32,000 bases of DNA from Candidatus Saccharimonadota bacterium (GCA_001790095.1 MGBH01000001.1:930001-962000); one strand, 5' to 3'. Numbered from the stretch's first letter, positions 21,833 to 29,753 are shown. A program made the numbers and translations. Notes: a model not told the origin generated them from the letters alone.

Positions 21833-21896
21833 TTTACATTTATCTTCCGCCGCCACCATCATGCATGTACAAAATCATAAATATCACCATAAATGT

Positions 21897-22733
21897 ATGA
21901 ATGAACTAAAAATAAAAATTCTTATTGTTGTCACCCTCTTTTTTCTTATATTGCTAGGTGTAGACGTATTTTTTGGAGACTCATTCCGATCTTTGTTTTC
22001 AAAAAAAACAAAAGTATCGCCTGATGTTTTAATGGTAACTAAACCTATCCATTCACTCATTGGAAAAGTAGTTAAGATCGAAAAAGATAAGCTAACTATT
22101 TCGCATGAGTCAACTAATACAGTCAATGCTCCACTTACCAATTTTACAGTCAAAGTCCCAAAAAACTTCCTTGTGAGCGTCACGTTTCATCCTATCCCCT
22201 ATCATTTCTCACAAACAGATCCTATCCAACAGATTCCTTTTATCAAATATCAAGACCTTGAGCTCGGGGAGATCGTTGTAATTCAAACTAATGATGACCT
22301 ACGTATTACAACGGGCAAAATCCCTCTTGCAAGTCAGATAAGCATCGTAAGTTCTTCCAATTTCATCCTTGGTGAGATCCTTTCTATCACAGATCATGTT
22401 CTTTCTGTTAAGGGCCGTGCACAACTCATGCCGACTGATATATCCACCACAGTAGAACAAGAGTTTACCAGAGAAAAGCTATATTCAGTGCAGGTTGACC
22501 AAAACACTGAAATATCATATGTTCCATCAGAACCATCCTCGACACTTTTATCAAGCGAACCACCAGCTCCCCCTCCTCCAAAACAAGCTTCATTTGCCGA
22601 TCTTAAACCCGGGATGACTCTTTATATATATACAAATAAGAACGTTTTGAAGAGTCCATCTGTTCTGGCCCTTCGTATTGAACCTTTTGGACTACCCGCT
22701 ACTACCTCTGTAGAAGACACTGAAAACAAATAA
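21897..22733 (+). CDS. Membrane-anchored hypothetical protein with Pro-rich segment
   Basis: The track ORF starts at 21861. ATG 21897 (MNELKIKILIVVTLFFLILLGVDVFF) gives a more typical N-terminal anchor. There are two similar beta-barrel-like segments (LIGKVVKIEKDKLTISHES; ILGEILSITDHVLSVKGRAQL) and an EPPAPPPPK linker. No family was recognised. Confidence 0.55.
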   Translation: MNELKIKILIVVTLFFLILLGVDVFFGDSFRSLFSKKTKVSPDVLMVTKPIHSLIGKVVKIEKDKLTISHESTNTVNAPLTNFTVKVPKNFLVSVTFHPIPYHFSQTDPIQQIPFIKYQDLELGEIVVIQTNDDLRITTGKIPLASQISIVSSSNFILGEILSITDHVLSVKGRAQLMPTDISTTVEQEFTREKLYSVQVDQNTEISYVPSEPSSTLLSSEPPAPPPPKQASFADLKPGMTLYIYTNKNVLKSPSVLALRIEPFGLPATTSVEDTENK

Positions 22734-22754
22734 ATATATATCATATATTGTATT

Positions 22755-23438
22755 ATGGACAGATCAAATAAAAAAGAAGCCGCTGTTACTCTTCTGGAGA
22801 TCATGATGATTGTGGCCATAATTACTCTTCTTGTTGTAGCGGTTATATCTCTTCTTGATCCTGTTGAGCAAATTGCACGTTCAAGAGATACTAAGCGCAA
22901 ACAAGACCTCAACGTGTTGCAAAAAAAATTTGAGGAATGGTATAACGATAAAGGATGTTACCCACGACTTAGTGAGGTCGCCTATACATCAAGTATCTCA
23001 GGTCTGGCGGGCAAAATCTGTTCAACCAAAGATGACTCTCCCAATCTCACCTATTTTACAGACAACATCATCTGTGATCCACAATCTCCTTTTTATGAAT
23101 ATCTCTATGTGACAACAGGAGCCTCAACCTGTCCAACTGCGTATGTCGTTTATTCGCGTCTTGCCGCAACATACGTGCGTGAAAATGACGTATATGACTG
23201 CGGGCCCCATGGCTGCGGAATTGCGCCTTCCTACGGATACGACTATCTTGTATCAAGTCCAAACGCCGTAATCTCTGTATCTGATGATTTTTACTGTTTT
23301 GATCGAAGTAGCCGCTGTACCAGTTGCGGCACTTATGAATCATGCGTAAATGCAATGTATGATCAAGTATGCATAACTATCTACGCTTCAAAATACCTAT
23401 GCTGTCAAGCAGAGCCAGGAGCTGGATACTGCCCTTGA
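22755..23438 (+). CDS. Type IV pilin/pseudopilin-like protein with a Cys-rich globular domain
   Basis: The N-terminus MDRSNKKEAA/VTLLEIMMIVAIITLLVVAVISLL has a short charged leader. Glu is at +5 of the predicted mature end and is followed by a hydrophobic helix, a prepilin-type pattern. Ala-Val replaces the canonical Gly-Phe. The C-terminal ~160 aa contain 14 Cys. Confidence 0.55.
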   Translation: MDRSNKKEAAVTLLEIMMIVAIITLLVVAVISLLDPVEQIARSRDTKRKQDLNVLQKKFEEWYNDKGCYPRLSEVAYTSSISGLAGKICSTKDDSPNLTYFTDNIICDPQSPFYEYLYVTTGASTCPTAYVVYSRLAATYVRENDVYDCGPHGCGIAPSYGYDYLVSSPNAVISVSDDFYCFDRSSRCTSCGTYESCVNAMYDQVCITIYASKYLCCQAEPGAGYCP

Positions 23439-23463
23439 CAATCCCCTCTCCTTTTCCTACACT
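23435..23463 (+). promoter_or_regulatory. Sigma70-type promoter candidate overlapping the pilin stop codon
   Basis: TTGACA lies at 23435-23440 and contains stop TGA 23436-23438. A 17-nt spacer follows, then TACACT at 23458-23463, then ~40 nt to ATG 23503. Confidence 0.35.
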
Positions 23464-23502
23464 AAATAGATACAAAATATCAGTTATTAATTCCTCTTTT
23501 TT

Positions 23503-25536
23503 ATGGAGCAAGAAACAAGTTTACTAAAAAGTATTAAATCGACCGCATTATATGTCATAATATTTCTCTTCCCTCTTTTTTTTCTTCCGTTTACTCAAGA
23601 ATATTTTTTGACCGGTAAAGTATATTTTTTATTATTTGGATCACTGCTTCTTCTTGTTTTAGCTACTCTTGAGTTTCTCGTCACAAAAAAATTTATTTGG
23701 GAAAAAAAACCTTTTGACAACACCGTAATCCTGTTTTTCATCACGATCGTGCTTTCTACCATCATATCATCACCCAATAAAATCCAAGCCATACTCAACC
23801 CAACGCTTGGCATCATGCCTTTATTTTCTTTTTTAATCCTTTATTTTTTTATATCACGAGAAAAAAACACAACTATTAAAAATGCTCTTGTCTATCTGTC
23901 CTCGTGTGTGGTGGCGCTTGTTTCCATCGTCATTTTTTTCAATCCGTTCAAACAAGCAGAACTACCAGTTATATTTGATTTTTTAAAGAACCCAGGCTTT
24001 TCTCCCCTTGGCAATTCGCTTGATGCTATATTTTTTCTTGGTTTTGCCGCAGTCCTTGCTGCATCTTCAATCTTTTCAAAGACAAACAAATCTCAAACAG
24101 AACGCATCCTTTCTTTTGGAAGCTTTACTCTCTCTCTTTCCGCAATAGGTTTTCTCATTTTTTCGTTGGTAAAGACAAAGGATGCATTTATTCTTCCCCC
24201 TTTTAATCTCTCTTGGTACGGTGCAGTTGAAACACTCAAACAACCTCTCACTGCTCTTTTTGGGGTTGGTGTTGATAATTATGCCAGTATGTTCACGCGC
24301 GTAAAAGATACTGCATATAATGCATCAAACATGTGGCAGATCAGCGCATTCAACGCCTCTCGATCAACATTTCTTCATATTCCAACAGAGCTTGGTATGT
24401 TTGGTGCTGTCGCGTTTGGCTTACTCATACTTCAGATCATCAGACACGGGTTTGCTATCCAAAAACAACACGGAAATAAATACGTGTTTCTCCCGATACT
24501 TTTTTTCCTGATTATTACTCTACTTTTTCCTCCATCATTAACTGTGTTTTTTCTTCTTTTTCTCATCCTAAGCGGAGTAGGAACCCATGAAAAACACGAA
24601 GAAACCGCTGCCTTTACCCTTGACACAGGTAAAATATTGCCTTTGTATGGATCTTTTATAATCATATCCCTTCTTTTCATTGGAGCTCTTGGATATCTTG
24701 GAGGCAGATCATATGCGGCAGAAGTCTATTTCAAACGCTCACTAGATGGTTTTGCAAAAAACAACGCAAAATATGTTTATGAAAATATGCGAATGGCTGT
24801 CATAACCAATCCTTTTATCGAGCGATTCCGTTCCAATTTTTCACAAACCAACCTTTTATTAGCCAATAATATTGCAGCAAAAGCTGCCGACCCCGCAAAT
24901 GCTTCGGCAGACAAACAAACAGATTCGACCAACACCAATACTTTATCTGATCAAGACAGACAAACTATCTCTCAAGCTCTACAGGCCGCAATTGAGGAAG
25001 CAAAAGCAGCGGTTACACTCAATCCTCAAAAAGCCGTAAATTGGGAGAATTTGGCCAACATATACCGCAACATCATGAACGTTGCTCAAGGAGCCGATAG
25101 CTGGACTATATCAGCATATCAACGAGCAATTATCCTTGATCCCCAAAATCCAAGCCATAGAGTCAATCTTGGTGGAATAATGCTTTCATTCAAGAACTAC
25201 GATGAGGCTGCGAAGCTGTTTGAGCAAGCAATTGCGATAAAGCCTGACTGGCCAAATGCATATTACAATCTTGGATGGGCAGCCTACCAAAAAAAAGACT
25301 ATCAAAAAGCAGCTCAAGCCATGCAAAGCACCGTCTCTCTTCTTGACCCAAAAAAAGATGAGGCAGACTATAAAAAAGCAATGGCAGATTTGGAAGAATT
25401 TAAAAAAATGCTTCCTGAAGAGGAGGCAACAGAAGCAGCCACAACGCCTTCAAAGTTAAGTGTTCCAACTCCCTCTTCTTTGGAGATCGAACCCAAAATC
25501 AAGCTGCCAAATGAGGCAAGCCCGGAAGCTAAATAG
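23503..25536 (+). CDS. Polytopic membrane protein of the O-antigen ligase/Wzy_C family with C-terminal TPR repeats
   Basis: The first ~400 aa contain about 10 or more hydrophobic helices. The loop motif NASRSTFLHIPTELGMFGAVAFGLLIL resembles the Wzy_C H..yl....E.G..G motif. The C-terminus has TPR-like repeats (NWENLANIYRN..., AYQRAIILDPQNPSHRVNLGGIMLSFKNYDEAAKLFEQAIAIKPDWPNAYYNLGWAAYQKKDYQKAAQAMQSTVSLLDP). Confidence 0.7.
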   Translation: MEQETSLLKSIKSTALYVIIFLFPLFFLPFTQEYFLTGKVYFLLFGSLLLLVLATLEFLVTKKFIWEKKPFDNTVILFFITIVLSTIISSPNKIQAILNPTLGIMPLFSFLILYFFISREKNTTIKNALVYLSSCVVALVSIVIFFNPFKQAELPVIFDFLKNPGFSPLGNSLDAIFFLGFAAVLAASSIFSKTNKSQTERILSFGSFTLSLSAIGFLIFSLVKTKDAFILPPFNLSWYGAVETLKQPLTALFGVGVDNYASMFTRVKDTAYNASNMWQISAFNASRSTFLHIPTELGMFGAVAFGLLILQIIRHGFAIQKQHGNKYVFLPILFFLIITLLFPPSLTVFFLLFLILSGVGTHEKHEETAAFTLDTGKILPLYGSFIIISLLFIGALGYLGGRSYAAEVYFKRSLDGFAKNNAKYVYENMRMAVITNPFIERFRSNFSQTNLLLANNIAAKAADPANASADKQTDSTNTNTLSDQDRQTISQALQAAIEEAKAAVTLNPQKAVNWENLANIYRNIMNVAQGADSWTISAYQRAIILDPQNPSHRVNLGGIMLSFKNYDEAAKLFEQAIAIKPDWPNAYYNLGWAAYQKKDYQKAAQAMQSTVSLLDPKKDEADYKKAMADLEEFKKMLPEEEATEAATTPSKLSVPTPSSLEIEPKIKLPNEASPEAK

Positions 25537-25549
25537 ATAGTAGTAAGAT

Positions 25550-25884
25550 ATGGAAAAGATCGTGTCATTTTCTGATTTGATTGCATGGAAAAAAGCACAT
25601 CTTTTCCATCAGAAGAAAAATTTTGTCTCATTGATCAGTTACGAAGAGCAGCAGTAACTATTACAAGCAATATTGCAGAAGGCTTCAATAGAAAAACACC
25701 ACTAGATAAGATTCATTTTTACTATACTGCCATATCTTCTGTTAGCGAAATACAAAGCCAGTTATATATAGCCCATGACCTACAATATATCACTGTAAAG
25801 ACATTTAGTAATCTTATGAGCGAGTCTGTAGAGATTCATAAACTAATCAATGGTCTTATTAAATATATGAAAAACCATACTTAA
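25550..25884 (+). pseudogene. Four-helix-bundle protein (23S rRNA intervening-sequence protein family) disrupted by a deletion and frameshift
   Basis: Frame 2 from ATG 25550 gives MEKIVSFSDLIAWKKAH, the family N-terminus, then runs out of frame to a stop at 25655-25657. Frame 1 (track ORF 25585..25884) carries the rest: FPSEEKFCLIDQLRRAAVTITSNIAEGFNRK...SEIQSQLYIAHDLQYI. WKKAH ends at 25600 and FPSEE starts at 25603, so the ~13 residues that normally separate them are missing. A truncated 99-aa product from ATG 25585 remains possible. Confidence 0.5.
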
Positions 25885-25907
25885 TACTCCCTACTTTCTA
25901 CTATCTA

Positions 25908-26990
25908 CTATCTTAAGTAGCTCTGTGGATTCTGAAGAACTCCTCCTAATCTTATTTCAAAATGAAGATGTGTTCCGGTTGATCGGCCGGTTGAACCCAT
26001 GGATCCGATCTGAACTCCCTGGGCTACGGCTTGACCTGAGGAGACGCTGATCGATGAAAGATGAGCATAAAGTGTCTGGAAACCGTTTGCATGGTCAATG
26101 ACAATATGACATCCATATCCATACTGCATACAACCTGCAAAAGTGACCGTCCCTGTGTCTGAGGCTAAGACAGGAGGTGCGGCGTTATTTGCTACGTCAA
26201 GAGCCATATGATACCAGATCGGATACTGTGTGATTATTCCGTTGGTTGGCCATATGAAGTTTGAGGTACCCTTTACGCCAGCTTGTACCTGCGCATAGGT
26301 GGGAGCTTGAGCAAAGTATTTTGGCTTTTCTTCTTCAATCACTCCGTCAGGCACATACAATACTTGCCCAACCTGTAAACCAAAGGTATCAGGATCCGTA
26401 AATTCATTAAAGATAAAGTTCACAATGTTTTGGGCTGTGGTATTATACTTCTTTGCGATCGTATAGACTGTGTCTCCTGACGCTACTTTATGCACAACAC
26501 CTGTGATGGGAGGAACTTTAAGGATTTGGTCTGGTTTTATAACATCAGTCTTGAGATTGTTAGCCCATTTGATAGTATCGATTGAGACACTAAACTTACG
26601 TGCGATGGACATGAGCGTATCTCCTGATACTACTCTATAGTCTACGATTTTATCACGAGGTTTGGATGAGATGACAGTTGACAGCACATTATCATATGGA
26701 TTATAGGAGACTACCGTCGCTTGATTTTGCGGTTGATACCGATCGTTTAAGAAGGGCACAAAGGGATTGTTTTCAGCGATTATGGGACCAGCTATCACAC
26801 CAGCTGCAACAAGAACAAAAAAAGACGTATTAAGAAATGACGATGAGTATTTACCACGCTTTACCACAAGAAGAGCCACTACAATATCTTTTGCTCCTTC
26901 AAATCCATGCCCAAACTGCAGGATCCGTGAAAATAGGTAACGTTTAAAAAAATTTACATACTCTGCCAACTCCTGCATAATGGTCATCAT
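25908..26990 (-). CDS. LysM-LysM-M23 family murein endopeptidase, membrane-anchored
   Basis: It has a TM helix (FFVLVAAGVIAGPIIA) and two LysM repeats (YRVVSGDTLMSIARKFSVSIDTIKWANNL...ILKVP; HKVASGDTVYTIAKKYNTTAQNIVNF...VLYVP). M23 motifs are present: HMALDV...GYGCHIVIDHANGFQTLYAHLS...GSMGSTGRSTGTHLHFEI. A possible SD (AGAGG) precedes the start. Confidence 0.9.
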   Translation of the reverse strand: MMTIMQELAEYVNFFKRYLFSRILQFGHGFEGAKDIVVALLVVKRGKYSSSFLNTSFFVLVAAGVIAGPIIAENNPFVPFLNDRYQPQNQATVVSYNPYDNVLSTVISSKPRDKIVDYRVVSGDTLMSIARKFSVSIDTIKWANNLKTDVIKPDQILKVPPITGVVHKVASGDTVYTIAKKYNTTAQNIVNFIFNEFTDPDTFGLQVGQVLYVPDGVIEEEKPKYFAQAPTYAQVQAGVKGTSNFIWPTNGIITQYPIWYHMALDVANNAAPPVLASDTGTVTFAGCMQYGYGCHIVIDHANGFQTLYAHLSSISVSSGQAVAQGVQIGSMGSTGRSTGTHLHFEIRLGGVLQNPQSYLR

Positions 26991-27002
26991 AGAAGACCTC
27001 TA

Positions 27003-28322
27003 TTATACCATTTTTGCCAGGATTCGTTCGATAGCTACCTCAAACGCTGCCTGTTTAAGCGGCAGTTTTTTTGCCACTGATTTCTTCCAGATGATATCAA
27101 GAGCCTCTTCCATCATTTTTTTCAGCCTTTTGTTTACTTTTTCCTCCCTCCACGTCTCACCTTTCATGTTTTGATACCATTCAAGGTAGGATACAGTCAC
27201 TCCTCCACTGTTTGCCAACACATCAGGTACGATCACAACTCCTTGTTTTGTAAGATATTCATAGGCTTCCTCAGTCACCGGTCCGTTTGCCATCTCAACA
27301 ACTATCTTTGCTTTAATTTTCTTCATGTTTTGTGCATTTATTACATTTTCAAGCGCTGCAGGAACCAATATATCTACAGGAAGTTCTAGTAACTCCTCAT
27401 TAGATATTGTTTTTCCGTATGCTATATTACATACTGATCCTTTGCAGTAACAGCCAGCTACGCTTCCTTTTTCTTTTTTACATTTTAAGGTTGCATCCAC
27501 ATCAAGTCCTTCTTTCACATAGACTCCCCCCTTTGAATCGGAAAGAGCTACGATCGTAAATTTTTCTTCTTCTGCAAGACGAGCAAAATAGTACCCCACA
27601 TTTCCAAATCCCTGCACTGCAATTTTCAATGATTGTGTATTGGAATTTGCCTGTGATTTGTGGTTTGTGGTTTGAGTTTTGAGTTTTGAAAGCAGAGCTT
27701 TTAATATTATAACCCCTCCTCTTCCCGTAGCCTCTGTTCGACCCAACGTACCTCCTAAATCAAGCGGCTTCCCGGTAAAAGTAGCCCATAACTGGCTTTT
27801 CGTATAATGGGTTTTTCTTGCCTGTTGAATCTTCACATACTCATCCACCATCCATCTCATGATCTGCGGATTAGTGTTGACATCGGGAGCTGGCACATCA
27901 TACTCTGGTCCAACAAAGGACGAAATCGCACGAGCATATGCTCTTGATATTCGTTCAAGCTCGCCCCCAGACACTGTCTTGGGATCAAAGATCACTCCTC
28001 CCTTGCCTCCACCGTACGGAATACCTGCTACTGCACATTTTATCGTCATGAGTGTTGCTAGGGCTCTTACCTCATCTCTGTTTACATTGGGGTGGAATCG
28101 AATTCCCCCTTTATAAGGGCCAAGGGCGTTATTATGCTCTATCCTATAGGCGGTAAATATTTTTTCTGTTCCATCATCCATAGTCACTGAAAAATGCAAT
28201 TCATGTACTGCATCAGATTCAAGAAGCCTGTCTATCGTTGCATCCGGAAGTTTGAGACCCTTTGCCGTTTTAGTTATAACCCCAAGAGCCGACTCGAGCA
28301 TTTTTTTGCCAGTGTTGGACAT
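27003..28322 (-). CDS. gdhA: Glutamate dehydrogenase (Glu/Leu/Phe/Val dehydrogenase family)
   Basis: It has the catalytic-Lys motif GPYKGGIRFHP, then GIPYGGGKGG and DVPAPDVNT, and the Rossmann motif VQGFGNVGYYFA. The stop lies 12 nt before the M23 gene start. Confidence 0.9.
   Translation of the reverse strand: MSNTGKKMLESALGVITKTAKGLKLPDATIDRLLESDAVHELHFSVTMDDGTEKIFTAYRIEHNNALGPYKGGIRFHPNVNRDEVRALATLMTIKCAVAGIPYGGGKGGVIFDPKTVSGGELERISRAYARAISSFVGPEYDVPAPDVNTNPQIMRWMVDEYVKIQQARKTHYTKSQLWATFTGKPLDLGGTLGRTEATGRGGVIILKALLSKLKTQTTNHKSQANSNTQSLKIAVQGFGNVGYYFARLAEEEKFTIVALSDSKGGVYVKEGLDVDATLKCKKEKGSVAGCYCKGSVCNIAYGKTISNEELLELPVDILVPAALENVINAQNMKKIKAKIVVEMANGPVTEEAYEYLTKQGVVIVPDVLANSGGVTVSYLEWYQNMKGETWREEKVNKRLKKMMEEALDIIWKKSVAKKLPLKQAAFEVAIERILAKMV
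27618..27688 (-). repeat. Heptamer-based module in-frame in gdh (KTQTTNHKSQANSNTQSLKIA)
   Basis: On the plus strand, tgcaattttcaatga (27618-27632) is 15/15 identical to 28594-28608 in trxB, and attggaatttg (27639-27649) is 11/11 identical to 28630-28640. Five tandem heptads follow: tgatttg tggtttg tggtttg agttttg agttttg (27654-27688). Confidence 0.85.
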
Positions 28323-28416
28323 ATATGTTAATAATTAATAATTATAAGCAGAAGTGCCGATATGTTTTTTATGCGACTTGGGAATAAAAGGGTTCCCACC
28401 GAGCAAAAAAAATATA

Positions 28417-29478
28417 TCAAACTTCTGAATTTGCTTCTAACCAGTTTTCAACATCTAAAGCCGCACCCACACCCATACCAGCAGCTACAGCTGCCTGACG
28501 ATAAATATGATCGACACAATCTCCAGCTGCAAATACACCCCTGACAGATGTTGCGGTTTGATAATCCATATCAAAATTTTCAGTTTTCAATTTTGCAATT
28601 TTCAATGAATTTTCAGTTTTTAATTGATCATTGGAATTTGATTGATAATTGGATCTTGATAATTGAAAATTAATAAGTGCTGCTCGCTGTGTTGTCACTA
28701 TATAGCCTTTATCATCAAATTTAACCATATCTTTAAATAAATCCGTATCTGGTTTATGGCCGATAGCAACGAACAGCCCGTCAATTTTTAATTGTCGGTC
28801 GGTTGAAACTAGCTGAGAACTGATTTCAGCCGATTTCAACCGTACTCCTTCTACTCTGTTTTGTCCTAAGACTTCTTCAATCGTACTGTTCCATATAATC
28901 TCAATTTTGGTATTTTCTTTTACCCGCTTTTGCATTATTTTGGATGCACGGAAATCCGAACGTCTGTGGATAATAAACACTTTTGATGCGAACTTAGTGA
29001 GAGTAAGAGCTTCTTCAAGCGCTGTATCTCCACCACCAGCCACACCAACTATTTTGTTTTTGAAGAAAAATCCATCGCAGGTTGCACATGCAGAGACTCC
29101 CTTACCTCGCAGTCGCTGTTCGCTGGCAAGTCCAAGCCATAATGCTTTTGCGCCTGTTGCGATGATAACGGATTTGGTTTTAATCGCTTGAACCAGTTTG
29201 TCTGATTGATCAAATTTGACCAGCTGTACATTTTCATCGATGATATGTGCGCCGAACTTTACGGCTTGTTTGCGCATCTTGTCAATAAGTTCTGAGCCAA
29301 GAATATTTTCATGTCCGGGATAGTTTTCCACTTCAGATGTAAGCACCAACTGTCCTCCTGGCGGAGATCCTGCATATATGATAGGTGCAAGGCCCGCTCG
29401 CCCCAGATATATTCCAGCAGATAATCCAGCAGCCCCTCCCCCTATGATAACTACGTCTTTTAGATCTGACTGTTTCAT
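28417..29478 (-). CDS. trxB: Thioredoxin-disulfide reductase carrying an internal insertion
   Basis: It has the FAD motif VVIIGGGAAGLSAG, the redox-active CATCDG, the NADPH motif GVAGGGDTALEEA...HRRSDFRA, and C-terminal GVFAAGDCVDHIYRQAAVAAGMG. At 353 aa it is longer than the ~310-320 aa usual for the family. Confidence 0.92.
   Translation of the reverse strand: MKQSDLKDVVIIGGGAAGLSAGIYLGRAGLAPIIYAGSPPGGQLVLTSEVENYPGHENILGSELIDKMRKQAVKFGAHIIDENVQLVKFDQSDKLVQAIKTKSVIIATGAKALWLGLASEQRLRGKGVSACATCDGFFFKNKIVGVAGGGDTALEEALTLTKFASKVFIIHRRSDFRASKIMQKRVKENTKIEIIWNSTIEEVLGQNRVEGVRLKSAEISSQLVSTDRQLKIDGLFVAIGHKPDTDLFKDMVKFDDKGYIVTTQRAALINFQLSRSNYQSNSNDQLKTENSLKIAKLKTENFDMDYQTATSVRGVFAAGDCVDHIYRQAAVAAGMGVGAALDVENWLEANSEV
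28566..28680 (-). repeat. Heptamer-based palindromic module in-frame in trxB, about 115 nt
   Basis: Heptads attgata attggat cttgata attgaaa attaata lie at 28641-28675, and TGAAAAY-type units lie at 28575-28612. An internal inverted repeat CAATGA...TCATTG is present. The module is stop-free in the coding frame and translates to INFQLSRSNYQSNSNDQLKTENSLKIAKLKTENFDMDY. Confidence 0.85.
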
Positions 29479-29525
29479 ATTTGGTTTTCTAGGTGATAAT
29501 ACTATATATTAAAAAAAAATACAAA

Positions 29526-29753
29526 TCACAGGTTTATTGCCCTTTCAATCATCTTTTCCACCTTGCTTACGTCTTTCTCAGGTAAAAACTCGCACATATC
29601 AGAAACGACAATCTCTTTGGAAAGACCATCGATCGCTTTCTTGATGGCAGATATTTGTTGTAGAACATCACTACACTCTCTTTTTTCCTTTACCATGCGC
29701 TGTATTCCTTTTAATTGTCCAATCACACGGTTAATTCGTTGATCTAAGTCCAT
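29526..29753 (-). CDS. CsoR/RcnR/FrmR-family (DUF156) transcriptional repressor, His-less x-C-x-C type
   Basis: The 75-aa protein reads RINRVIGQLKGIQRMVKEKRECSDVLQQISAIKKAIDGL...SDMCEF. This is the family pattern R..R..GQ..g...M.e....C.dvl.Q..A...A. Cys occupy positions 27 and 54, and Val sits where the Cu-ligand His of CsoR would be (4 residues before the second Cys). Confidence 0.8.
   Translation of the reverse strand: MDLDQRINRVIGQLKGIQRMVKEKRECSDVLQQISAIKKAIDGLSKEIVVSDMCEFLPEKDVSKVEKMIERAINL

Noticed and set aside
26980-27389. Plus-strand ORFs 26980..27174 and 27171..27389, and similar ones at 27859..28116, 28907..29191, 30906..31184 and 31187..31465.
   Set aside because: They are antisense to well-supported conserved genes (gdh, trxB, rho). 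Their translations are low-complexity and carry no motifs.
28379-28398. The hairpin TGGGAA-taaaaggg-TTCCCA in the trxB-gdh spacer as a terminator or attenuator.
   Set aside because: It has only a 6-bp stem with an 8-nt loop, and no U-tract on the transcribed (minus) strand. The evidence is insufficient.
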